Part shown: positions 19,879 to 29,368 of the stretch, piece by piece
How positions within the stretch are numbered: position 1 is the first letter of the stretch
Layout of the letters: each line of letters opens with the position of its first letter
NCBI GenBank assembly: GCA_965226795.1
Contig: CBDDDZ010000005.1
Coordinates: 2,912,001-2,976,000 of the forward strand
From: Candidatus Latescibacterota bacterium
Lineage (GTDB): Bacteria > Latescibacterota > UBA2968 > GCA-2709665
Direction of reading: 5' to 3'
Length of the DNA stretch: 64,000 nucleotides
The notes under the pieces: generated by a model
Told to the model about the DNA's origin: nothing
Databases searched by the model: none
The model's input: only the letters and a program-made list of their open reading frames with translations
Translations under genes and position numbers: made by a program

Positions 19879-20667
19879 CTATTCAACGCTGGCGTCGGCC
19901 CGGTACTGTTCGAGATTTCCTCTGTATTCCAGGCCGAGTATTTCCCGGGACCGTGCGACGTTGCAGGTTCTGTCGGCCCCCGGCGTACCCACAATGTGGA
20001 AAATGTCGAAGTCGATGGACTGGGATTCCAGGCTCAGCCGGCAGGCCTCCGCAAGGTCGTGGCGGCACACCCATCCCTGGCGGTAGGGACGCTCATCCGT
20101 ACCCAGTTTTTCCCTGTACCGACCGATGCCGAGTCGGCTGTCAACAATGTAGTCCGGCCGAAGCACGATAATGCGGAGACCGAACGCGTCGTGGTACTGC
20201 CGGCACATTTCTTCCTGAAGGCGTTTGGTGACACCGTAAAGGCCGCCGTCGGGCCGCCTGACGTCGGCCGTGAAAAAGATGCCTTTTGGATGGGCGGTCT
20301 GACAGGAGCCGAGATGCACGATCCTCCCGATGCCGTGCCGCCGGGCAGATTCGAGTACGTTCCAGAGGCCCTTGATATTGATAAGGAAGGGTTTCACGTC
20401 GTCTACCCCGTGGGCGCCGGGAGCGTCCGAGTGGTACACGGCCATGTGCAGAACCGCGTCCATACCCTCCATGGCCCGGTGTACGGCTTCAAAATCCACG
20501 ATATCTCCGTGTACGATGTCACCGCCCGCCCATTCACCGTCGGTGTCTTGCCACGCGCGCCACGCCTGCGGACCGAAATCGAAAGCGCGGATCCGATGGT
20601 TTTCGTCCAAAGCGGCCAACGCGGCCCGTCCGAGCCAGCCGGCCGCGCCGAATACGACAATATTCAT
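19879..20667 (-). CDS. NAD-dependent epimerase/dehydratase (uronate-dehydrogenase-like SDR)
   Basis: GAAGWLG, HGDI.D, YGVTK motif. Confidence 0.85.
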   Translation of the reverse strand: MNIVVFGAAGWLGRAALAALDENHRIRAFDFGPQAWRAWQDTDGEWAGGDIVHGDIVDFEAVHRAMEGMDAVLHMAVYHSDAPGAHGVDDVKPFLINIKGLWNVLESARRHGIGRIVHLGSCQTAHPKGIFFTADVRRPDGGLYGVTKRLQEEMCRQYHDAFGLRIIVLRPDYIVDSRLGIGRYREKLGTDERPYRQGWVCRHDLAEACRLSLESQSIDFDIFHIVGTPGADRTCNVARSREILGLEYRGNLEQYRADASVE

Positions 20668-20697
20668 CTTCCGGGCTCCTTATGCGAAGAGCAGGTG

Positions 20698-22104
20698 TCA
20701 GAACCTCTCTTTGGCAAGTCCGTACTTCCGGTAAAAATGACGAAACTGATCGTAGCTCAGACTCAGCGATTCGGCCGCCTTGCGCTGGTTCCAGTCTGCG
20801 CGGTTCAGCGCGCTCCTGAGCAGCCCGAGTTCAAAGGCCGTGACCTGAGCGTCGAAACCGTCTCCCGGCGGCGCCGGAGCCCCGCTGGAGATTTCGGGCG
20901 GCAGATCGCAGGGTTCGATGGATGCGCCCGTGGCCATGCAGGCGGCACGTTCGGCGGCGAATTTGAGCTCGCGCACGTTTCCGGGCCACGGGTACCCCAA
21001 CAGGAGGCGGAGGGCGCGTTCCGAAAACGGACGGACCACGAGTCCGGGCACCTCCCGGACGATCTGTTCAACAAAATACAGGGCAAGTGGCTGGATGTCT
21101 TCATTCCGTTCGCGGAGTGGAGGAATGCGAATGATTTCAAAGCGGAGGCGGTCGTAGAGATCCTGACGAAAACGGCCTTCCATGATCTCTCGTTCAAGAT
21201 CGGCATTCGTGGCGGCAATGATCCGGACGTCCACCGTGGTGGGCGTGGCCCCGCCCACGCGTTGAATTTCCTGGTACTCGATGGCGCGCAGGATGTTCTG
21301 CTGGAATTCCGGGGTGGTGTTGCCAATTTCGTCCAATAACAGGGTACCGCCGTTGGCCGCTTCAAACCGGCCGGGGCGGGCTTCCGTGGCTCCGGTAAAG
21401 GCGCCCTTTTCGTGGCCGAAGAGTTCGCTTTCGAGCAAATTGGCGGAGAGGGCGGCGCAGTTGACTTTAACGAAGGGACGATCTCTGCGTACCCCGCCGT
21501 AATGAATCGCGGCGGCCACGAGTTCCTTCCCGGTACCGGGTTCGCCGAGGACCAGTACCGGTCGCGGGATGGAGGCGATGCGCCCGGCCTGCTGCATAAT
21601 CCGCAGCATCTGCGGGCTGGCGTTGACCGTCCTGTATTTTTTCCCGAATTCGTCCCGGTAGTAGCGATTCTCCCGGTCCAGATTCTTTACCTGGGCTTGC
21701 AGCCGGGCATTCTCCCTCAGGACGGCGAGTACGCGGTCGAGTTTTTCCAGGCTGAGTTCAAGCCGGTCCTCAATATAGAAATCTTTTTCGATGAAGTCGG
21801 AGGCGCCCATCCGCAGGGCCGCTACGGCGTTCTCCACGGTGCCCTTGCCCGTGAGGATGATAACCGGCAGATCGGGTACGAGGTGGCGAATTTGCCGGAG
21901 GACTTCCAGACCGTCCGGCTCGGCCGGACCGAAGTCGATATCCAGAATGGCCATGTCAACGACCGAAACGTGCTCTCGCAGGTATGCAAAGGCCTTTCTT
22001 CCCGTCGGGAAAGCCCTCACGATCCGGCCATCCACCTGGAGGCTTCGCGTGAGCATGCCCAGTATTTCGGGCTGGTCATCGGCGATAACGATTTGAGCAT
22101 TCAT
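20698..22104 (-). CDS. Sigma54-dependent response regulator (REC + PspF-like AAA+ + Fis-type HTH)
   Basis: REC with [55 protein letters not shown]-terminal LSYDQFR. Confidence 0.92.
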   Translation of the reverse strand: MNAQIVIADDQPEILGMLTRSLQVDGRIVRAFPTGRKAFAYLREHVSVVDMAILDIDFGPAEPDGLEVLRQIRHLVPDLPVIILTGKGTVENAVAALRMGASDFIEKDFYIEDRLELSLEKLDRVLAVLRENARLQAQVKNLDRENRYYRDEFGKKYRTVNASPQMLRIMQQAGRIASIPRPVLVLGEPGTGKELVAAAIHYGGVRRDRPFVKVNCAALSANLLESELFGHEKGAFTGATEARPGRFEAANGGTLLLDEIGNTTPEFQQNILRAIEYQEIQRVGGATPTTVDVRIIAATNADLEREIMEGRFRQDLYDRLRFEIIRIPPLRERNEDIQPLALYFVEQIVREVPGLVVRPFSERALRLLLGYPWPGNVRELKFAAERAACMATGASIEPCDLPPEISSGAPAPPGDGFDAQVTAFELGLLRSALNRADWNQRKAAESLSLSYDQFRHFYRKYGLAKERF

Positions 22105-22107
22105 GGG

Positions 22108-23736
22108 TTACTCAAGGAATTCTTCGGCCAGGGGCAGCCGCGCGGCCGATATCGGATCGCCGCTCCAGCCGATACTTTCCGTACCGGAGACGAGTTCGAA
22201 GTCCACCGGAAGATCGATGCGGAACACGGCGCCTGCGCCCGGGCGGCTGATCATGCGCAGGCTTCCTCTGTGGGCGGACACAATGCGGGAACAGATGCTG
22301 AGGCCGAAGCCATTGCCCTTTTCCTTGGTGGAAAACCCTGGATCGAAGATTCTGGACTGGATCTCTTCGGAAATGCCGGGTCCATTGTCTTCCACTTCAA
22401 TGAAAACCGACGCCCGCTTATTGTCGTAGCCGGCCTGTACTGTGACCGCTCCGTCTTCATCTACGGCGTCCAGTGCGTTGAGAATCAGGTTGGTGACGGC
22501 TTCTCGCAGCATGCCGGGATCGACCTTGACCTGGGGAACCTGGGGCTCAGATACGTAGCGGAGCGCCGCGCCGCCGGTTCGGGTCGAGACGGCTTCTTTG
22601 ATTTTCCCCACCAGTTGCGGAATATCCACCAAAGAGGGATTCAACGGATCCTGTTTCATGCTGCGCAGGTAGGCCACCCATTGGTCGTAGATGTGTTCCT
22701 GGTCGCGGGCGAGATTTCTCAGGTCGGCGAGAACAGTGTCTTCCGGCGGCGCCCTTCGAATGAGCCGGCGCGTACGGCTCCCTACCAGACCCATCAGGTT
22801 CTTGATCTGGTGACCCCGCGTATACAGGCTCTCTCCCACCTGCACGCGACCCAGGTCGATGAGCTCGAGGGATAAACGCGACAGGACCGAGGCTGCTTTG
22901 CCGCCGAATTCTTCAATGATGGATGTGTACTCCTGTTCCATCTGAGCCGAACTTCTGTGATCGAAAAGAAGGTTCGCCAGGTTTCTGTAGGGTAGCGCAT
23001 AGTCCGGCTCGAGCTGGATCGCTATCTTGAATGCGCCCAGAGCCTGGAGGGTCTGACCCGTCTGCATGAGCAGAACGCCAAGGTTGTTGTGGCCCGGGGC
23101 GAACAGCGGATTCGCTTCCAGCCCGCGACGGTAGACCATGATGGCTTCATCGATGTTTTCCGGAAGGTCGTCCAGAAAGCTGGCGAGCAGGAAGCAGGCG
23201 CCGTCCACATTGGCGAAGGGCACGCCCCGGTCCACGGCCCCGAGAATATAGCGAAGCGCTTCAACCGCCTGTTGCCGGCCATTCGACCCCGATTCCGCAC
23301 CTTCGGCCTGCAAAATCGCCAATTGAAACTGCGCCTCCAGATGGTCCGGATCACGTTCGGTGGCGGCTTTAAAGGCCTTGAGAGCTCCTCCGGCGCCCCC
23401 TTTGAGCCGGCAGAGTCCCATCTTGTAAAACAGGTCCGCACCGTGATCCGGCGCAAGATCGAGGCAGCGCGTAAAGCAGGTCAGTGCGTTCCGCCAGTTG
23501 CCTTGCCTGCAGTACACAACACCCAGATTGTGGCGTGCTCGAATATTCTGAGTATCGGTGGACAATGCCGCCCGGTAGGCGGCTTCGGCCATTTCCAGCC
23601 TGCCTGTTTCCAGCGCAGCGTCCCCTTCCCGACAGTGTCGGCGCGCAGTGGGGTTTCCGGATTCAGGCAGGGCGTACGCGATAGCGATGCGCTCGGCGGG
23701 AGCAGGCGCGTTGTCGGTCACGGTTGGATTATGCAA
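22108..23736 (-). CDS. Soluble TPR-repeat sensor histidine kinase
   Basis: N-terminal TPRs; H-box GHQIKN, NLILNALDA, EDNGPGI, FDPGFSTK, GNGFGL; no TM segment or signal peptide seen. Confidence 0.9.
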   Translation of the reverse strand: MHNPTVTDNAPAPAERIAIAYALPESGNPTARRHCREGDAALETGRLEMAEAAYRAALSTDTQNIRARHNLGVVYCRQGNWRNALTCFTRCLDLAPDHGADLFYKMGLCRLKGGAGGALKAFKAATERDPDHLEAQFQLAILQAEGAESGSNGRQQAVEALRYILGAVDRGVPFANVDGACFLLASFLDDLPENIDEAIMVYRRGLEANPLFAPGHNNLGVLLMQTGQTLQALGAFKIAIQLEPDYALPYRNLANLLFDHRSSAQMEQEYTSIIEEFGGKAASVLSRLSLELIDLGRVQVGESLYTRGHQIKNLMGLVGSRTRRLIRRAPPEDTVLADLRNLARDQEHIYDQWVAYLRSMKQDPLNPSLVDIPQLVGKIKEAVSTRTGGAALRYVSEPQVPQVKVDPGMLREAVTNLILNALDAVDEDGAVTVQAGYDNKRASVFIEVEDNGPGISEEIQSRIFDPGFSTKEKGNGFGLSICSRIVSAHRGSLRMISRPGAGAVFRIDLPVDFELVSGTESIGWSGDPISAARLPLAEEFLE

Positions 23737-23761
23737 TCGGAGACTCCTGGTTGAAGCCGAT

Positions 23762-25276
23762 CTATTCCGAAGATGTCTTCGGTCTTTCCGAAGGGTCGCC
23801 TGTCGGATTGTTCTCGCCTGTCATTCTACCCAGGAATTCCGGTAGTTCGAGGCCCGCCAGTTTTGCCAATTCATGCATCGGCGGAATGGCGCCCATCAGG
23901 CGCTGGCCGAGATTGGACATACCTCCCTGTCCGTTGCCGCCGTCCCAGACCACGATTTTATCAAGGGGCAGATTCTTTATGGCTTCGGCCTGGATGCCTG
24001 CGACCTCGGTCAGCCGTTCCACGATGAGGAAGGCTGCGGCGGCCTGGTCGTTTCCTCCGCATGCCGCCATCAACTCCTTGTAGCCCTCCGCCTTGGCCTC
24101 CAGGATGGCCTGAGTGCCCTCGGCTTCGGCTCGCTTCTGTGCCAAAATGGCAGCAGCCTTCCCCTGCGCCACAAGTGTCCTCTGCTCCTTCTCGGCCTGT
24201 GCCTGTACCACCAGCTTTTGCTTTTGCGCATCGGCCTGTACGACGATTTCCGCTCTCAGTCGAGCTTCTTCGCGCAGCGCGCGGGCATCCTCGGCATCTT
24301 TTTCCGCACGTTCCTGGGCAACCCGTATAGCGCCGTCCGCAGCCTTCGCGGCCTCCTGCCCCTTCTGCCGGGCGATCTCTTCGGCCACTTTCTGCTGCGC
24401 CATATAGCCGGCCTTTTTGGATTCGGCCTCGGCCTCCGCATGGACCGCTTCCGCATCCAGAGAAGAGACCATCTGGCGTCTGTTTCTTGCGGCCTCGGTC
24501 TCGCCGATTTCGGCTTCGGATTCGAGAGCGGCAACCCTTTGGCGCCGGTCCCTGGCGGCTTCGGCCTCGCCGATTTCGGCGGCCGCGTTCGCAGCAGCCA
24601 CGTCCGTGCGCTGGTCCCGTTCCCGTTCCGCCACCCCCACCTTGCCCATTTTCTCCTGCTCGGCCACGTCGACGGTCGCCTGGTTGATAGCTTCGGCCGC
24701 GGCCTTTTGCCCGAGAGCCTTGATATAACCGCTTTCGTCTTCAATATCCTTGATGTTCACGTTAATCACGGCCAGGCCGATTTTCTCCATTTCGGTGGAG
24801 ACTGCTTCATTGACCTTGAACATAAAAGCCTGCCGGTCCCGGTTGATTTCTTCGATTTCCATAGTGGCTATCACCGCCCGCATCTGACCGAGGATGATGT
24901 CCTGCGCCTGACTCTGGATCTGTTCGCGAGAAAGACCCAGGAGACGAACTGCCGCATTTTGCATCACGCCCGCCTGATTTGACACCGCCGCGGTGACGGT
25001 TGTCGGAACGGACACACGGATGTTCTCCTGCGAAAGGGCGTTGTCCAGGTCTATGGGAACGACAAACGGCTCCAGGTCCAGATACTCATAGTCCTGCAGG
25101 AGCGGAAGAACGAAGGCAGCGCCCCCGTGAATGCATTTCGCCGCCCCCTGTCCGGTCTTGCCGTAGACGACCAGTATTTTGTTGGATGGACACCGCCTGT
25201 ACCTGGAAATAAACGTCACGAAGAGCAGAAATACCACTAACAGCATTATAATTGTCAGTATCGTCTCAGTTGCCAT
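23762..25276 (-). CDS. Flotillin / SPFH-domain protein
   Basis: N-terminal TM, RYRRCPSNKILVVYG, GGAAFVLP, GQMRAVIATMEIEEINRDR, AEA-rich coiled coil; GGAGG RBS. Confidence 0.93.
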   Translation of the reverse strand: MATETILTIIMLLVVFLLFVTFISRYRRCPSNKILVVYGKTGQGAAKCIHGGAAFVLPLLQDYEYLDLEPFVVPIDLDNALSQENIRVSVPTTVTAAVSNQAGVMQNAAVRLLGLSREQIQSQAQDIILGQMRAVIATMEIEEINRDRQAFMFKVNEAVSTEMEKIGLAVINVNIKDIEDESGYIKALGQKAAAEAINQATVDVAEQEKMGKVGVAERERDQRTDVAAANAAAEIGEAEAARDRRQRVAALESEAEIGETEAARNRRQMVSSLDAEAVHAEAEAESKKAGYMAQQKVAEEIARQKGQEAAKAADGAIRVAQERAEKDAEDARALREEARLRAEIVVQADAQKQKLVVQAQAEKEQRTLVAQGKAAAILAQKRAEAEGTQAILEAKAEGYKELMAACGGNDQAAAAFLIVERLTEVAGIQAEAIKNLPLDKIVVWDGGNGQGGMSNLGQRLMGAIPPMHELAKLAGLELPEFLGRMTGENNPTGDPSERPKTSSE

Positions 25277-25430
25277 TGCTAATCCCTCCTCCATTGGATA
25301 TTTTCAACTTTGATTGAGATCTATCCCGGAGCGAATCCGGTGCGGGTTGAAACCCCTACCTGTCTCATCCATCGGCGCAATCAGACAGTTGGGAAATCCA
25401 GGAAACATAGACATTTAAAACAAAATCCAC

Positions 25431-26039
25431 TCAGGACACCAACGGCTCGACCTCAAGCGTGGTTGGATCGAGCACACGTAGAATGCGGACCGGCGTATTG
25501 GCCGAGATGGGCATGCCATTTTTTCCGCGGGCAGATACGTAGGCGACGGTTCCGCTCTCCATCACCCGGACCTGTCCGGTGCCGCCTTCCAGGATATCCA
25601 GATATACCTCGCCCGACGTACCAACGCATGTATCCAGGCTGGCGTTTCCAGTCTCTGTAAGCTGCCGGATTCCGTGGAAAAAATAGGCCACAACCGCCAT
25701 GCCTGCACTGCCCCAGACAAGCGCGTAAAGTAGGGCGGTCTGAATATCCAACCCTCTCTCGAGATACAGGGCGCCCGCCCACCCGAACAGCATGCCAAAG
25801 GCGATCAGGCACCTGACAGATAGCAGTTTGAAAGAAGCAACCGTACCGTTTTCCAGTCCGTCGTTAAATTCCGGGCCGGCGTCGCCGAGGTTTGTGTCTC
25901 CAGAAACGCCTGCATCCGAACTGTCTCCAAGACCAAGTACAACCACCAGGAGTTGCCAGACGAAAAACGCACTGAAAAAAATCGCCACGATGTAGAAAAT
26001 CTGGTTGAGCGTGGTCAGATCCGTCCACCAGGCATCCAT
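25431..26039 (-). CDS. Short NfeD-like membrane protein (flotillin partner)
   Basis: Three TM segments plus OB-fold pattern VGTSGEVYLDI..GGTGQVRV...LEVEP; directly upstream of flotillin. Confidence 0.8.
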   Translation of the reverse strand: MDAWWTDLTTLNQIFYIVAIFFSAFFVWQLLVVVLGLGDSSDAGVSGDTNLGDAGPEFNDGLENGTVASFKLLSVRCLIAFGMLFGWAGALYLERGLDIQTALLYALVWGSAGMAVVAYFFHGIRQLTETGNASLDTCVGTSGEVYLDILEGGTGQVRVMESGTVAYVSARGKNGMPISANTPVRILRVLDPTTLEVEPLVS

Positions 26040-26311
26040 ATTTCGTTCCCTTCGCCGGGTCGCTGGGTCTCTGACATCGAATACGTAAAAATGTGCAGGA
26101 TTTCAGAGGTTCTGGGGCCAGTAACGCACCCCTCAAGAATGTGACATAGAACGCCAACGGAGTCAACAATAAACCCAGTGGGTTTCCGGCGGCGTTTGCA
26201 GCTGCCGAATCCTCTGTTCCCGTCAAACCCCTCTGGCACGGGGAGGCGGCATCAATTACGACGATTTCCCGGCCCTGAAATCTGCTTGTCCGCGACCTGC
26301 GGCAAGCTGTC

Positions 26312-26887
26312 TCAGAAAGGGACCAACCCGTGCTTCCTGAATTCGCCCTTCAATTGATATCTTCCACGGTTGAGCCAGGTCTTGACCGTACCCATCGGAA
26401 GTTGCAACTCCCGTGTAATCTCCTCGTATGACCAGTCCCTGACATAACGCATCCAGACGACTTTGCGATACCTGGCCGGCAATGCGCGAATACTCTTCCT
26501 GACAAGCTCGCGGTGCTGGCTTCGCTGGGCCGAAATTTCCGGATTTTCGCCGGTAGCGGGCACGCGCGTGGCTTCTACAAGCGCCGCGGGGTCTTCGGTT
26601 ACTTTTATCCACCGCCGGCGCACCTGTTGTTTGCGGTAGTGGGATTTATGTACGTTCAGCGCGATTTGCGTAAGCCAGGTGGCAAACGCGGCCTCTCCCC
26701 GATAGGAGCCCAGGGCGGTATATGCCCTCAAAAAGGCGGTTTGCACCAGATCCTGTGCGGTTTCAGGATCGCTGGTTCTACGCATCATCGTGGCGTAGAT
26801 CTGTTCATGGCAGGCCTTGTAGAGAACACCGAAGGCAGCGGCGTCACCTTCGATTGCCCTCCGGACCAGATGCCGTTCGTTTTCCAT
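26312..26887 (-). CDS. ECF RNA polymerase sigma factor
   Basis: GDAAAF, AQDLVQTAFLRAY, FATWLTQIALN, SYEEI..LQLPMGTVKTWLNRGR. Confidence 0.93.
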   Translation of the reverse strand: MENERHLVRRAIEGDAAAFGVLYKACHEQIYATMMRRTSDPETAQDLVQTAFLRAYTALGSYRGEAAFATWLTQIALNVHKSHYRKQQVRRRWIKVTEDPAALVEATRVPATGENPEISAQRSQHRELVRKSIRALPARYRKVVWMRYVRDWSYEEITRELQLPMGTVKTWLNRGRYQLKGEFRKHGLVPF

Positions 26888-26918
26888 TAATAGGATATCC
26901 TCTCGAAAGGATGGTCAT

Positions 26919-27095
26919 TTACCTGGAGTCACTCGAAAGCAGTCGATAACCCACGTAAATCAGGACGAACGAAACCAGCAGTTTCAGGAGCAAAAACAGG
27001 ACTTCCAGGGACACGCCGATCAGCTTGATCGCTTCGAAAATACCGAAGTATGCGCCGATGGCGATAAGGATGATGCCGAGGATTTTCGCGAGCAT
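26919..27095 (-). CDS. 58-aa two-TM membrane protein (below the ORF-track cutoff)
   Basis: MLAKILGIILIAIGAYFGIFEAIKLIGVSLEVLFLLLKLLVSFVLIYVGYRLLSSDSR-stop, preceded by an AAAGGA RBS. Confidence 0.75.
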   Translation of the reverse strand: MLAKILGIILIAIGAYFGIFEAIKLIGVSLEVLFLLLKLLVSFVLIYVGYRLLSSDSR

Positions 27096-27253
27096 TGCTC
27101 TGTCCTTTCTCTCTTGCGGTGTTGTATTGAATGAAGGTCCCGGACCAGGTTCGAACGCGAGTCACGGAGGGCTTCGAGATCGTTCAGGCGCTGGTCCACG
27201 GTGTCCAGCCGCGTGTCGAGAATCAAGCGAAGGATTTCCCACGCAGTGAAGTC

Positions 27254-27628
27254 TCAAGCCACCTTTTTAACATTTCCGTGGTCTGCGTCCGGCGTAAGGG
27301 TTCCCACGTCTGCTGTTTTGAAAATACCGGACAGTCTCGTCGTTCTCAGAATCCTCTCGAGCCGCCCGGAAACGCCGCTCAGCTTCAGGTCGCCTCCCGC
27401 GTCTCTAATGGACGTCAGACCCCTGATCAACTCCCCCAGCATGGCGGCGCCGACACGGTTCGCCTTTGAAAGGTCCACCACCACCATGCCAGCGCCTCGC
27501 TTGACAAGTCTGGCAATTCTGCGCCGAAACGGCGCACCTTCCGACTCGGCGATGAGGTCGCCACCTACGGTGACAATGACCACACCATCCCGAGTGCTTT
27601 CGCTGAGGTGAAGACGATTTGCGTACAT
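27254..27628 (-). CDS. STAS-domain protein (anti-sigma-factor antagonist-like)
   Basis: VIVTVGGDL, VVVDLS, GGDLKLSG, ILRTTRLSGIF. Confidence 0.85.
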   Translation of the reverse strand: MYANRLHLSESTRDGVVIVTVGGDLIAESEGAPFRRRIARLVKRGAGMVVVDLSKANRVGAAMLGELIRGLTSIRDAGGDLKLSGVSGRLERILRTTRLSGIFKTADVGTLTPDADHGNVKKVA

Positions 27629-27721
27629 GGTTCAATGCCCCGCGTTACTGTGTAGGTTTGATCTAGGTGCCGTTGCCCGAACCTGTTTCTCTTGGAGCCA
27701 AAGTGACCGCGCCGTCGCCGA

Positions 27722-27937
27722 TCATGAGGTCCCTCGCGAGCCCGGCCGATTCAGCTTTTCGTCGATCGCGATCATGATTTCCTGGATATCCGTCAGTCGC
27801 CGGTCGAGGTCGTCCAGCCGGGCATTCAGGCGCCCTTCGACCTTGCCGGGCAGGACGCCTTTGGTTTGTCGATCTACATATTTAAGGACCGCCGTCGCGA
27901 GAACAATTAGCGCAATGCCAACACCGAATTCAAACAT
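27722..27937 (-). CDS. Small single-TM coiled-coil protein (PspB-like topology)
   Basis: N-terminal TM then RLDDLDRRLTDIQEIMIAIDEKL; GGAGG RBS. Confidence 0.7.
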   Translation of the reverse strand: MFEFGVGIALIVLATAVLKYVDRQTKGVLPGKVEGRLNARLDDLDRRLTDIQEIMIAIDEKLNRPGSRGTS

Positions 27938-27963
27938 GACATCCCTCCATCAAATTCAAGATA

Positions 27964-28605
27964 TCAAAGGTCATCCACCGGTTTTGCCCGGTATTTCTCG
28001 GCCCCGCGTTCAATTTCAGGAAAGTGATAGACAACCAGACCGGACTCGGAAACGCGAACTTCGGTGCTGCCGCCGACGGCCAACGCGCCGAGGATCTCGG
28101 CGGCTCTTTCGACGGTCATCCTGCCGTCGGTAGCGGCCTCCAGAACGGTGAGGCTTCCGCCTTTCTCCCGTGCGAGTCTGAGCAACCGATGTTGGTATTG
28201 CGCGTACCGTTTGCGCTCGGCCGCCGTGTGGACCCTGCACCCGGCCAGCCAGAAGACCAGCGCGATGGCGACAACGACAAGCCCCATGCTGAAATCAAGC
28301 GCGTCGAGGCGGAAGCCGGACGGCTGGAAACCGGAGAAAACGGGCCCCATCAGGCCGCCGAGTCCAAACAGAATCGCTGTGGATTTTAGAACGAACGCGA
28401 GGGCGTATCGCATGGCGCAGCTCCCGTCAGTGGCCAGATCGGAGAATCGGAAAGACAGGCGACGCGATCGTGGGTGCCGAACCGTTCGCGGCTCTTGCCG
28501 CATGGGTCGGGTTTTCCGGACGTCGCGCCAGGCCTTTTTTGTGTCGCGCATCGCCTTTTCAATTTCGTAAGCGATTTCGTCCAGGATTTTTCGCAATTCA
28601 TGCAT
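27964..28605 (-). CDS. Two-TM membrane protein with C-terminal winged-helix-like domain
   Basis: Start overlaps the pspA stop; two hydrophobic helices; LLRLAREKGGSLTVLEAA..AAEIL..L..VSESGLVVYHFP. Confidence 0.7.
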   Translation of the reverse strand: MHELRKILDEIAYEIEKAMRDTKKAWRDVRKTRPMRQEPRTVRHPRSRRLSFRFSDLATDGSCAMRYALAFVLKSTAILFGLGGLMGPVFSGFQPSGFRLDALDFSMGLVVVAIALVFWLAGCRVHTAAERKRYAQYQHRLLRLAREKGGSLTVLEAATDGRMTVERAAEILGALAVGGSTEVRVSESGLVVYHFPEIERGAEKYRAKPVDDL

Positions 28606-29275
28606 CGGATTTGCGGAGTTTGTCTTTCAAAGCCTCAAGTTCCTCTTCCACGGTGTTCCGGCGTTCCAGTTTTTCGAACGAGCCTTCGAGCGAGGCATCC
28701 TCGCCTGCGATTTCGGCGTGAGCGGAAGCCTCGGCTTCTTCGTTTTCAACCCGGCTGCGAAAGCGTTCGAAGCTGGAAAATGCGTCGTCGCCGATGCCCG
28801 AAAGGCCCTGGGCGATCTGCTTTCGGGCCTGGGCGGCTCGGTGCCGCGCGATAAGGGCCACCTGGCGGGTGCGTGCTTCGTCCAGTTTGGACTTTAGCTG
28901 CGTCAGCTGTTTCTTGAGTTGGTCGGAGGTCTTGTGGCTTTCGTCGAAAGCGACTTCCAGGTCGCGGGCGGCCTTTTCGAGGGTGGCCTTTCGTTCCAGC
29001 GCGCGCCGGGCGAGGTCGTCCTCGCCGTTTTCCACGGCCAGTTCGGCCTTTTTCTGCCAGGCTTCGATCTGGTCCGTTTTTTCCAGAAATTGACGCTCCA
29101 GGCGTTTTTCGTTCGCAACGGCGGTCCCGACGGAAGCAGTCGCCTTGTTGACGGCGTCTTCCATTTCGAGAATCATCTGCCGAATCATCTTTTCCGGATC
29201 TTCGGCGCGATTCAGAATGTCGTTGATGTTGGCCTTGATAATGTCCGCCATTCTGGAGAAAATCCCCTTAGCCAT
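28598..29275 (-). CDS. pspA: PspA/IM30 (Vipp1/ESCRT-III superfamily) protein
   Basis: GIFSRMADIIKANIN..AEDPEKMIRQMILEME, GEDDLARRALERK, VEEELEALK. Confidence 0.95.
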   Translation of the reverse strand: MAKGIFSRMADIIKANINDILNRAEDPEKMIRQMILEMEDAVNKATASVGTAVANEKRLERQFLEKTDQIEAWQKKAELAVENGEDDLARRALERKATLEKAARDLEVAFDESHKTSDQLKKQLTQLKSKLDEARTRQVALIARHRAAQARKQIAQGLSGIGDDAFSSFERFRSRVENEEAEASAHAEIAGEDASLEGSFEKLERRNTVEEELEALKDKLRKSDA

Positions 29276-29368
29276 GGTCGTACTCCCTTCTAAGGTGGGC
29301 ATCTGGACCCCACCATGGTGGAATGATACAGTTTCCAGTTTCTATCCACGGTTCGGCCGATTACACGC

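Noticed and set aside
26082..26105. SigW-like motif TGAAAT...CGTA upstream of the NfeD-like gene
   Set aside because: Spacer is 14 nt rather than about 16, so it is not called a promoter.
27020..27253. Coiled-coil-like frame (LDTRLDTVDQRLNDLE) after the STAS stop, resembling the PspB-like protein
   Set aside because: No convincing start or RBS, and it overlaps the 58-aa gene; at most a remnant.
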